Below, piece after piece: positions 51,801 to 64,000 of a DNA stretch of 64,000 nt. Origin of the DNA: Trichoplax adhaerens (Eukaryota; Animalia; Placozoa). The notes below the pieces were generated by a model. That model searched no databases. It saw only the letters and a program-made list of their open reading frames with translations, and was not told the DNA's origin. The stretch spans positions 369,082-433,081 of the forward strand of contig NW_002060953.1 of NCBI RefSeq assembly GCF_000150275.1. Reading direction: 5' to 3'. How positions within the stretch are numbered: position 1 is the first letter of the stretch; each line of letters begins with the position of its first letter. The translations under genes and the position numbers were made by a program.

Positions 51801-54800
51801 TGTCAACTAATAGAAATTAACCAGATATATCTATGACGACTGGCGATAAATAATTCTCCCCATTTCGTCTATTTTAATACTGTGCCAGGAAATATCGAAA
51901 TTGAAAATGTCCTCCTATAGCAATTTAGCCGTACCTAATACTATTTCTCGTATTATCTATACAGATTCTATAACCGAAATAGATTAATTTCCTATTTATT
52001 TCCATACTAATGATGGCTAAGAATATTTTTAGGAAAAGCAATCATATTAATAATAATATTACTTCACTTATGGAGCGAATGTTATTCGTATTATTGCTGC
52101 TTCTTGTTTTAGTGACGAGAAATGAATAAACTTTCTGTCTATCACTAAATTTGCACATATGAAAGTTAATGATATCGTGAATTTCGAAATCAAAGTAAGC
52201 TATATAAAGTATACGCGGTAAATCAGAAATAGTTTGTGAAGGAAGGCAGATTTTTGTGTTTATAATACTTTCAGTAGTAAATTGAAACTAAATAAATTAC
52301 GAACATCCAATCCACAATAAAGACTCATTCTAAACTATAAGTAATGGCACATGAATATGTTCAGTAACTATAAATAGAAAATTTATCGTAAGAATAAACA
52401 CCGTTGGATATTATTCCTCTGTCGATCTATCCTGCGAATATTATTAGAGTACGTGCCAATGAACTAATGTAGAAGTATCTATCCAACGATAACCATATCT
52501 ACAGCTAAATTAAACATTTATAAAAACACAGCTTCGATAACTCATATTGATAATAACTTTATTCACAGGGCTATTGGGGCTACAGGAGTGGTGTACTGTA
52601 CTTTACCATAGAATAAACTATAGTAGATGAGATACATAAGAAAAATAAATCCATTGTAATATATACCCGGGTAATCGATAAATGATATCTACAGATTGGA
52701 AATAGAAAAGCAACGAGTACCTTGAAAGTAATTGTATATTTCTTGAATCATCAACTAAATGATTATAAATTGTCGAAATAGCAAGATTAGCTATACCCTA
52801 GCTCATAACACTATGCATAGTCAATGCCTCACTATAATACAGTACTGTATAATGTATTAATATTATTAAATTAAATTGGAAACGATGGGTTCATTTAACT
52901 TTCCGTTAGGTATCGAGGATATTAGCAATTAATATACAGAAATATTTACAAATTGATACCCTTATTAATGCCCAATTTATTCACTTATTCATTTGACATA
53001 GAAATCATAATCGGAATGAACATATTTGTTTTTTTGTAGTTTGTAGATGAGATTGCATACATTAAAACTTTATTTTAATATATGATAACCGTTCCGTTCT
53101 TGGACATAGGTCTAAAGTTTTAATTCTTTATTATGAGTTTAACTATTTTGTACTTATTACAGGAAGTCGAGGATCATTTCTTCTTCATATTAAATGGTAA
53201 ATGTACTGTTATCGTATCAATTTTATATAAAATTAATGCTTGAATAAGACCTGAATTCTTCAATTTAATGTAAAGTAATGACCAAATTTTGATATGATAT
53301 GAGATACAATATGTTGGAGTTCTAATTATTAAATAGATTGACTATTTTTTCTAGCTATCAAAATCTTGGATAGTTTCGTAGGTACAGCTGGAAAATAAGT
53401 TGTCTCAAGCCACCCAAAAACTAAGGCGAACAATAGTTCTGCTTCTAACTGTGATTTTTCTTGTTCTGTATTCAGAAAGGGAGAGCAATGTCAATAAAGG
53501 CGAGTTCAATAGTTTATCAACTCTAGCACTAATTACTATAGATAGTATTTTAGCTCTATAGCAGCATAACAAAAAGCATATTATTAACTACCGAACACTA
53601 TAATTCCCTTATTTACTCTTTTTACCTTCCTCATAGAAAATGAGCACTAATGACTAGTACAGCAGCCATTATTTAGTAGACTCTTGCAAAAATCATAGAA
53701 TTATTGCAATATTATACAGCAATCAGAGGAATGACGTTAATTATAATTATCGTGCCCACAACGTTGACAAGTTCTACTTTACAGTACAGTCTGCAACAAC
53801 TGTGATATTTATCCTAAATATATAGACATATTACGGACTAAAATTTCTCTAAGTCCAGTAACACAATGAGAAGAGACACTTTCTCTTCTATCACTACTAT
53901 TACTATACTGCTACGTCGTAATAAAGACTAGAACCAATCTAGAGTACAGTTACTAGGCAATTTACTATAAAGGAACTACGCTTCCTTTGGCGATCCCAAG
54001 CCAACTATAGTAGTCAATGTAATACACGAAGAACTTCGAGAAATCTATAAAAGCGCTTTATTCATCATAGGCGCAGTCTTAAATAGATTTTCAATATTAT
54101 GATAACTTCGACCGCATGCAGAGCTACAATTTTAGTAAATTTTCTAATAATGGATGCCAACGCATCCAAAATGTATCATTTATGACCTCTTTGAAATCCA
54201 GTCTAGGCCTGTTAATTACAACATTTCTATCACACGAATTACTATTACAACTTAATATAATTTTGGATTAAATCTCCATATTTGATACTACAAGCTATAC
54301 TTAGTAATTTCACATAGCAATCGGTGCTAGCACTTATGAATAATTCAAGTACTATAGACAGACTATTTTTAATCCTAACACGTTCAAATTTAGGTATAAT
54401 CCAAATATAATCAGAGCTTAATTTACTACGCCCTCTACTATAAATTTTTTATTAAATCAAACATGAAGTAGTGTTTTTGAAAATTAACACTTGATTATCT
54501 TTCACAGTATTTTACTATCGTGACAACGACCTTGTATTCTAACAAATAAAATAATTCAGCTATCTAGGTAAATTTACCTTGTGAGTTGCTACTAATCAGA
54601 ACTGCCATTCCAATGTTAAAATTCTATTGTAGTATTTCAGGTTGCTTTGAACAATTTGTAACAAGAGTAAGCTAGGATTGAAAATCAAAAGAAAAACTAA
54701 ATTTCTACCATAGTTTTATAGTCTACAACAGATCTCCAGCTACTATATCAGACTTAGGTTAAGTTACAACGGTAAATTTTTAAATAGACCTTGATAACCA

Positions 54801-57405
54801 AGACCAATACTGTCATATATTCATTGATAGTACTCAGTAAAAGCTAATAGTATTACACATAACTTAGACTGCAGGGTTTTATATTAGTAAAACTCTACCT
54901 ATAACACACACTAACACACGCTACAATTATAATCAAATTTTTACTTAATGAGGGCAAATTTTTCACGAAAAGATGTTGATTTGTCTTAACGGAAAGGTAT
55001 TAGTTGGCTATTAGCAAGTTGATCTATCCCGACATTGAAATTACGACTTTGGTATATGTAATAAAGCGTCTTCAAAATATTCAAACACGAGCCATTTATT
55101 TCTCGTAAAACCTAGCTTTATTTACATTCAATTTGGCTTATTTAACAACACCAAGGACTACCTACCTTCAATGATCTATGCAATTTACATACAAGGTGCA
55201 TCTTCATCGCTGTTAAAGGCTACATTGCCTACCTGTCATCATATCTAAGAATAGATACTAGCCCAATTTTATAATCCAACCTACAACTTGACTTAGTTTC
55301 GTGCGATTTTATAATAATTCTTATCTTAGGCTAATTTTAGTAGTTGTCGTACTACCAAAATAATTATTCAATCTTTATCTTGACTTTACTATATAAGAAC
55401 AAGCAACAAATACAGTATGAATATCTAATGTTGTATACAAAACTTTATGAATGTTTGAGAATGCAATTGAAGTAACTTATAGTGAAAAGGTTTTACATCC
55501 CTCAAAATTCACTAACTTGAAATATGAGTCTGCAGTGCAGCCTCAAATCAGCCTAAGATTACAATAAAAAATTCATTCTGAAACTGATTGTTTACTCGTA
55601 TAATGTAATCGTAAATTGGCTGTAATAATTCAGATAATCTGATTGCAGCCAGGTAGTCCTCGGTAGTTGTAAGACGATCATCAATTGATGTCATAAAGTC
55701 AAGTTTACAAGAAACTCCACTTCTCATTTGACTATTTTGAAAACACTTTATTATAGTGTCATTCAAATGGAGTAAATCACTTAATCACTGTGATTAGAGT
55801 TAATAACTTTGCTAAAGAGTAGAAACAAAGACTTGTAAGTTTCATTTTAATTATTGAATAATCTCCTTTCTTTAAATCAAGTTTATACCAGACAATATAT
55901 TAATCAATAAGAAATAGAACTAGTCACCTCTGGAATTAGTTGTTGTAGCGGATTACATTAAACCTACGCCATAATTATTATATAACAGCATCACTGTAGC
56001 AGTAGCCAGAGATAGTTGATAAATAAATAAATGACGATAGTAAGATTTAGATTGATCGTTGCCACCTCTACAGTCATTAATTTCTTCATTGTAATTTATA
56101 GAATGATAATTAATGGAACAAACAAGAAGAAATCTTCTCCGACATCTTTCAACTGTTTATTATTTATTTTAGTTTATTGAGTGCAAATTCCATAATTTTC
56201 AAAGCGTCCAGTATAATAACGTCCGTAAGAAGGATAGTATTTCTACTATAATATTCATAGACATTAGAAATTCTATCAAAATAAGTATTATATAGGTATT
56301 ACATCGATGCTATTTGACTAGGTGTTACAGAGTAACTTCTATGTAGCTGTCGTAACATAGATTCCAAAAGATGATCTTTCTGGGAAATGTATTTGCATAT
56401 CGTGATCTATGATGTTTTACATATTTTTAATAGATAACGGCATAGGTTTATAATATTATCTATAAACTGATAATTAATGTTTGTATATCGATTCATTATA
56501 AACTGACTGACTTTTAAATATAAAGTTCGGGTTCAGTTATATCCAAAAGAGACTAGGGGTGTTGTTATTTCTTATGACGATAGGAGATCGTCAGCATTTA
56601 GAATCGTACTGTAGGTCAATGTCAGGGAGGACAAACCTGACAGTAGACTCATAGTATAATTTCTACAATAGCTTTATCATTTTCCGCGTTTCAAATTTCG
56701 ATTTGTAACTCTGCAACCGATTCATTCGATAGAAAAGTTCTGCTAAAGAAGAATGTTTGCTAAGTGAATGGTGGTCATTAACTACAGCAATTCTAATAAT
56801 TCATTGAAAGAAACTTTGTCTAACTCATTCTTGACTTGATCTGTTAAAATATTCTAATACGTGATCTTTTTGTACGCAAGGACTGAACTAGATATATTAA
56901 TACATATTAGATACTTTTCAAATCATTGATTTAATTTAACACATACGAGTATGCAGCCATTAAACAATATAACTTTAATCAGCCAACGTGACAGATGGTA
57001 TCTAGTCCCATATACAGTATATATGTAAGTTATGATCCTTCTATCAATTTCTTAAGGTTAAAATAATTTCAAAAAATCGGTTTTTAGATAGAAATAAGTG
57101 GATAATATAGAATAAATCGAAAAGGTCAATTTCATTTCATATTTTACAGATTTTTCAGGCAAGTATTCATAATAATGCCAGGAAAATTCATACAGAGAAC
57201 GATGAATACGTTAGAACAAGGAAATAATCATTACTGATTAATTATTTTTCCAATTCATTATACTTAATATAATAATGTACTATCATATAATATTAAAAAG
57301 TAATATTTATTTTAATCTAGGCACCGTAGCTATATTACCAGACGAGTAACTATATAACTGGTATTTCTAGCTAGAAAGGGAATGGCTGTACAGCAATCAA
57401 TAAGA

Positions 57406-58461
57406 TTATTTCTGTTTGACATGTATTCGATAATGGACGGTTTTTCGACCAAATAGAGTTCGTAGACTGTTGATGATAGTCTTTCGCAGTTCTTTGCTCA
57501 TGACAACACAGACAATTGCATTTTCAATGCATGACAAAGCTGACATTAGGAAACCAAGAGTTATAAGTAGAGAATAGACAGGTCCTTTTCGTCGTAATTC
57601 TATCATGGATACTTTTGCGTCTGAAAGTATCAACATAATAACAACATATGGGAAAGAGGTCAAAACATAGAAGACGGTCGTAGTCGCAATCATTTTGATA
57701 GTATTAATCGCTTTTCTTTTATTGACATAAATTACTGGTGGAACGGTTCGCCCATAAGGAAGGCTAGCCATGACAGCTATTTTTAATCTTATCACGATGA
57801 AAATATATAATATAGCAGTAATAAGGACTGGAATGAAATAATTGATGATCAAGAAGAAAGTAAAAAAAGGAATATTGTAATAGTCACCAACATAAATAAT
57901 ATCGCAGGCTCGATTGGGTTCATAGACCATTGCCATAATTTGTAGTACAGGAATACTTGTAATAATACCATGGAGCCAGATGCAGAAAATGGTCAATCGG
58001 ACACTACGTTTACTACTGAATAATAATCTCCGCCTTTTACGCAAAACTGTAATATAAAATCGATCGACGGCCATAATTGTAAATGATATCATCGATACAG
58101 CCATGCTAACAGTTAGGACATAATTAAAAAATTTACAACTAATTTCATATAACAATTTATTTTGCAACTGGATTTCATTTATGATAAAACTGTTAATTGT
58201 AATAGCAACTGGCGCTAATATGTCAGAAATACACATATTGAAAATAAAGCTGTAAATTGACAATCGCAATAAGCCTCTTTTTCGAATTGCATAACAAACC
58301 AGACCATTCACTATGGTCGTTAAAATACTAAATGGTAGCATATAGGCGAGATTATTCCTGCTTTTCGTAACGTTGTTAATAATGGAATAGTTACTGCTAT
58401 TGATTAAATTGTCTGTCCTTGCACTTTGAAATGCTTCCTTTACCCATCCTAAAGTAGCCAT
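57406..58461 (-). CDS. Intronless rhodopsin-like (class A) GPCR, 351 aa, paralogue of 47648-48802
   Basis: LSIYS.I.NMCISD, YEI.CK, NYFIP, IKMIA.TT..Y.LTSFPYV and CIEN are shared with the neighbour; TM3 reads AVDRF and TM7 reads NAIVC. Confidence 0.9.
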   Translation of the reverse strand: MATLGWVKEAFQSARTDNLINSSNYSIINNVTKSRNNLAYMLPFSILTTIVNGLVCYAIRKRGLLRLSIYSFIFNMCISDILAPVAITINSFIINEIQLQNKLLYEISCKFFNYVLTVSMAVSMISFTIMAVDRFYITVLRKRRRLLFSSKRSVRLTIFCIWLHGIITSIPVLQIMAMVYEPNRACDIIYVGDYYNIPFFTFFLIINYFIPVLITAILYIFIVIRLKIAVMASLPYGRTVPPVIYVNKRKAINTIKMIATTTVFYVLTSFPYVVIMLILSDAKVSMIELRRKGPVYSLLITLGFLMSALSCIENAIVCVVMSKELRKTIINSLRTLFGRKTVHYRIHVKQK

Positions 58462-61400
58462 TTCTTACTTGAACATCGACAGCTTTTAATAAACTAGAAT
58501 ATCAATATTAATTTACGTTAGAGACTGGTTTAAATTGATATTCTATTTCACAACTATTTCGTTGATAAATACTGTTATGAAGCAAATTTTGTGACGTATA
58601 GATAAAATTAATTATGCAAAAATAGGACAATTCTAGCTTTGTTCCTATCTTTACAGTAGATTTGTACTATTAAAAAAATTGACTTCAAAATGCGAATATT
58701 GATTTAAATATTAATCTAAATAGCGACAGGCTATTATATCTGTTAACGTCTTACTAACATTATTTATTCATTTAATAAATACTTTTATTTTATGAAACGA
58801 CAATTAGTAATAAGAAAAACTAACAAATTGAAATGAATACAAAATGAAACTATCAAAAAATAAATCTACTTTTAAATTTTGGAATACGTTACTCGCTATA
58901 AAACTTCACCGTAAAGTTTGAAAGATAACCTACTTTTTCAGTGGATTTTCTTAACTTAACAATTTGCAATAGTTACTTTTTTCCCCAGAAAGTAAAGGAA
59001 ATAACTTGAATTAATTAATATTATATGCAGTATCTGTTAAAAGTATTATAACTTCTAACTAAAGATTCTATTGACATCATACAATTATTTACATCGTGAT
59101 CGTACGTTAGTTTGATTTATTAATTAGTACCACATAATAAACTTTAATGTAGCTAATATTAAATAATTTATCAGCTTATAGTCGTTTACCGGTTACCATA
59201 AGATGAACACTTTACAAAGAATAAATGAATACCTTATTACAAAAAGGCTTAAACTGATGTCATTGGCCGCTATTTTTTTTTTTCACTTCAAGAACACTTA
59301 AAAGCACGATATGGTGGTGAACTTTTGCCTTAATATGTCGGGACAAATTAAAATGAAACAATTTTACCGCTTGCGATGTATCGATTGTACTGTATTCCAT
59401 ATAGTAATAAAACTTTAAAATTCACTTCTTTAACATGACTATAACTAGAAAATTTAAGAAAAAGAGTTTTTGAATTATTAATTATGGCATTATGATCGCC
59501 TTAATTGTCAAAATACTGTATAGCTTATTAATCGAAATGGAATATGAGGATGCAAATAAAATATTCGCTTGGCACAGTAGATTACAGTAACTAAGAAATT
59601 TAAATTTTCGATACTTTACCTAAATATATCCAATACACAGAGAGAAAATAGATTTTATTTAGGAATTATAAAGACTATTGGTATATTTCATAAAATCACC
59701 TTTATTATGCTAAATGTATATCATTGTAGCTAAGTCCATAGTAGTAGAAATTTCTCGGAACTCTAATGATTGTATTACTGCTAGATTACTCTATTGCTCT
59801 TAATAAATTTATTTCATTATCGGTAAGTTTATAATGTTGGGTTTCTATAAGAATTATGATGATTATGCTATTGTAAGATTAATTTATTGCACTTAATGAT
59901 TTTACTACATTATAGCAAGCATACAATAGTAGATTTATTTAAGAGTTATGATGACTATACTATTATAAGATTGCCTTTATAACACTTTCATTATTTCATA
60001 ATGAGGAGGCATCTAACGGTGAAATTTTTAGAAACTGCAATGATTACACTGTTATCAGATTATCCTCCAACTTCGTTTATTTCATTATAAAACACAAATA
60101 CCGAACAGTATAACTGATCGGTATATATCATCAGTTAAAATGTAAAAATTACTTTTAATTTCGTTACATTAAAAACTCATGATTAAGATCCAAGTACTCC
60201 TGCTTTCGTATAAAGATCCTTCTCATCGATACCATAACTTCATAAACGCACATTTATCTAAGATGGCATGTAGGCATAAAGCAGTATAGTTTTAGTATAA
60301 AATATGAAAAGTTTAATAGTAAAATTCCATGACATCAACTGGCATAAATGTTGGGAGTGCTAACCTTTAGACAGTTACATTGGCAAGAGATTAGGCATGT
60401 ATGCTTTTATTATTGTAGCAGTGTTGTATTATTTTAAAATATAATTTATTAATTAAAGTATTCAGCTAATGGAATCGTATAAATTATCCATAAATAGTTT
60501 CAGTAACTTGACAAAACAGTGAGTGAACCATATTACTTTTCTGAACAATTTAGCATTTTTATTTCAGCCATTATTCTATTCTGATATGAATGGATAGCAT
60601 GTAGCATCCTTGTTACGAATCTTCCATTCTCGAGCTATCTAATTCTAGCTACTCCTCTAGTCAGATCGATCTTACAGTAATTTCCTATTAGATTTCTTTA
60701 ATTGCTATTAGTAACTCTACCGCTACTGTAATTCCGATAACTTAATGCCTTTTCTAGGGTATAACAATTAGACTTTTATTACTGAAACAACTTAACAATA
60801 TTCCAGCCTAAAATCTTGTTTAACGTACTTTTATATTTAGTTTAAAACTTACGTAAAACAAAATCGGGTAAACTCGTCGCCCAATCAATAGATGAAAACT
60901 CATATCAAATGCCGCAAATAGTACATCTGTTGAATTTAGACTATTTATCTAAATTACTTAACGTATATCATGATCCTCAGCAGTCAAGTGATAAATTTTA
61001 CTTTTATTTTAGTATATCGTGTTGGCAATACCTGTTTCTTTATAAATTTATAAGTAAAAAATTTGCATGTGCTACTGTAAAAATCACTGACCTATTGCCT
61101 ATATTCAAATTTGCATAATATACCAAATAAGTAGTTGGAAATAAGTGACTATAAAAAGCCGAGCGCTAGCTTAGCTGCTCAGTTCCAATTAGTCATTTGC
61201 AGGATCTTTTGACTATTATTGCTAAGAATATTCTTACGTTTTTCTTTAGTACATTTTACGACTAAGTCTGGCGAAAATAAAGTGAAGTATTTAAACCTAT
61301 TACTCATTAGTAGCTTTTTTGTGTAGCTGAGAGTTAGTTCAACTACGATAGGTCCCTAAGTTAGTTGGGAACACGAGTACTAGTGAAAATAGCGTTTAAG

Positions 61401-63069
61401 ACCCGGCTTCTTGTTACAAAGGAGATTTGTAACAATAATTTATAAAAAGTAATATTCTATAAGTAATACTGCGTAGTAATAAATAGAATGCAGACTAAAA
61501 ATTTTGCTTAGCATCAGTGAAAATGTCCATTGTTTAATCAAGTATAAGAGAAGTTACTCAATTGAGCTATTAGAGTATTAGTTAAAGTACAAGCGTAACA
61601 ACCTAACTTTCTGGAGAAAAGATCTAATACTAAGTTTTTCATGATATTTGCAGTTCTTGCTGTTTTCTTTGTTGCGAGACTACAGCAACAATCTTAGAAA
61701 CATTTGAATGGTTAATCATGTTGGCACAAAATTCACGCTTTATACTCTCCTGTCACTATGTTAAAGATTATCGTCAAGAATAAATACGTTATAAAAGTTA
61801 TTATACGGTTTTATAGCTTATCAGTAGGGATATAGATTGTAAAACTAATTCGTAATCCAGTAAAGGAAAGTAAATTAGTTAGATACCTAATTTATAAGAG
61901 AGCTCATAGCTCAGATCATATTCTATACGTACCGCAACAAAATATGGCCTAAAGTTATATAATTTAAGTCTAAAAATATATTTGTAATCCAAATTTTATT
62001 CAATTGACAATTTAGCTTGCTTTAAATTAAGTCAATTATAAGTTTAGCCAAATACCTCGCGTACTGTAATCTCTGATCGCGTTAGGAAATGCGTAAGAAT
62101 ATAAGTATACGAAACAGATGAAACATATTGTTACCAGTAACCTTCAAATTGTATTAATAGGAGCAAAGAAATCCTCTAGATTAATTCGTAACGCGCTAGT
62201 ATGAATGCGAGCCTGTCCGTTTATCAGATCTCAGACATATACAGTAAATAATTATCTATATCATGTACTGATATACAAAAGTACTAATTTTGTATAGTAG
62301 TGGACATTTCGTGAATTAATATTCTAATCGATTTGTACTGTATACTCATACTTTGGGGTATTTATGTAGAGGTATTCTTGAAGTATGTTAACCGAAGTGT
62401 TGCCTTAAATTGTTAGTAACTGACAACTTAAATCGATTATATTGTTAATACCGAAAATTATACATATAAGAAAACATTTTAGTAAATTACGTAAGAGTTG
62501 ATATAGTTAGCGTAATGGATTAGTACGCTTTAATTTCGTTTAATTCTAGAATTTTTACATGCATTAATAGGTTAGTATTGATATCTATCATAGTTAAATT
62601 ATTATTCTAGTACAGCAATAGCCTTTTAAATTGATAGTAACTATAGAAATGAGCGATTGATTATAATATAAACTAATTTTTCTTATGTTACAAAATAACA
62701 AACTAGAACTGTTTTTGTGTAGCTTATCTTTTTTATCGAAATTTATACCGAAATATGGTACAGTACTTCAATAAGTAACTTAAACGTGTGCGATATGGAG
62801 AAACATATGATCATGTGCCATACTTCCGTTTCAATCTAATTACTGAATATTAGCTTGTTTAATTGTTTCAGGAATTCATTAGATACTACGACTGTTAAGT
62901 GAAGTCGTTCAGAATTTTCATAGTTTCAGTCGGAATACGCATCTAAGAGCTAAACTTAACACGGGCGGGCATTGCAAGAATAGAGCTGTCACGGTACGAA
63001 CTACCGTGAAGAAATAGCTGTCTAAATTTGGTTAATATAATATAGTGATAATATATTACATCTAGTCCT

Positions 63070-63119
63070 NNNNNNNNNNNNNNNNNNNNNNNNNNNNNNN
63101 NNNNNNNNNNNNNNNNNNN
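63070..63119. other. Assembly gap (50 N)
   Basis: Run of N. Confidence 1.
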
Positions 63120-64000
63120 TGGACTGTAAATGGGTTGCTAAAATGCATACAGTGGTAGGATCAATATGGATCATTTAGTCTTGAACCTGCGACAAACGAT
63201 TGCAGACAGTAGACTCAGTGAGTACAGTAGTGTATATCAAGCATCATGGCGAGAAGAAATGATGTTGATCGAGTCAAAGGTTTAAATGGACTGTAAATGG
63301 GTTACTAAAATGCATACAGTGGTAGGATCAATATGGATCATTTAGTCTTGAACTTGCGACAAACGATTGCAGACAGTAGACTCAGTGAGTGCAGTAGTGT
63401 ATATCAAGCATCATAGCGAGAAGAAATGATGTTGATCGAGTCAAAGGTTTAAATGGACTGTAAATGGGTTGCTATCTGAGGAATACATGCAGCGACAATG
63501 TCACTACGGCATTCTATTTTAAGAGATGAAGCCAGTTGAAATTGCAAAATTATTCAGCTGAGATACGTAATGCTGCATTAAATGTCAGTATTCTCTTTTG
63601 CAGTGCGTTGAAGATCCTGTATTCTGCATAGACTATCCTTCTCTTCTTACATCTTGCCAATCTCTACTGTCTAGTATAGAGTAGAATAAAGATCTTTTAA
63701 AAACAGCATAATACTGATTTGCTCAAACTTGCTTTCTCGCTAGGATCTACACATACGTCATATACTTTATATTGTACAATACGTTCAAAATAAGGCAGAT
63801 AACCATATACAGTACTGTCGTGTTTTGTGCCAAATCCGATAATAGAGGGATGACTAAAACAGTTTCCATACACCAAAGATATCCTTACCAATACAACTAC
63901 TTTCGTGTCTTTTTTCCTCCGTAATGATCATTATTATATTATCGATATACAACTAGATTGTCCAAAATGCACGCACGGCGTTCCGATCTGGCAAAACCCA
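63120..64000 (+). repeat. Near-identical copy of ALDH3 intron 1 (167-bp repeats) and start of exon 2 (63957 onward)
   Basis: Matches ~32518-33396 at an offset of ~30.6 kb with a few SNPs (ATGCAGCGAC vs ATGCAACGAC; CAGTGCGTTG vs CAGTACGTTG). Confidence 0.95.

Noticed and set aside
55548-55766. 72-aa ORF between the two GPCRs
   Set aside because: Non-ATG start, no motif, no partner exons found.
61411-61435. Perfect 10-bp hairpin (similar small ones at ~56620-56642 and ~62989-63009)
   Set aside because: Isolated short stems with no CTAG terminus or other supporting context; expected occasionally by chance.

Overview
AT-rich, intron-dense eukaryotic (animal) DNA. Short introns, compact housekeeping genes and intronless divergent rhodopsin-like GPCRs suggest a non-bilaterian such as a placozoan (Trichoplax-like); this taxonomic call is inference. 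Genes reconstructed by hand-splicing are: 5'-truncated DIS3L2 (+), mitochondrial Phe-tRNA ligase FARS2 (-), a classical Ras GTPase with 9 coding exons (-), an internally deleted ALDH3 relic followed by an intact tail-anchored ALDH3/FALDH (+), RPS11 (-) head-to-head with CWF19L1 (+), and two paralogous single-exon class A GPCRs (-) in a ~19 kb gene-poor block. After a 50-N gap there is a near-identical second copy of ALDH3 intron 1/exon 2. The most notable signals are an AT-AC (U12-type) intron in CWF19L1, a Helitron-type 3' terminus inside a 55-bp minisatellite at the probable Ras promoter (with repeated ETS cores), a GC-AG intron plus 18-nt microexon in FARS2, and many local tandem duplications clustered near gene 5' ends. 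Most entries in the ORF track are exon fragments or spurious. No prokaryote-type system (CRISPR, operon) is present.
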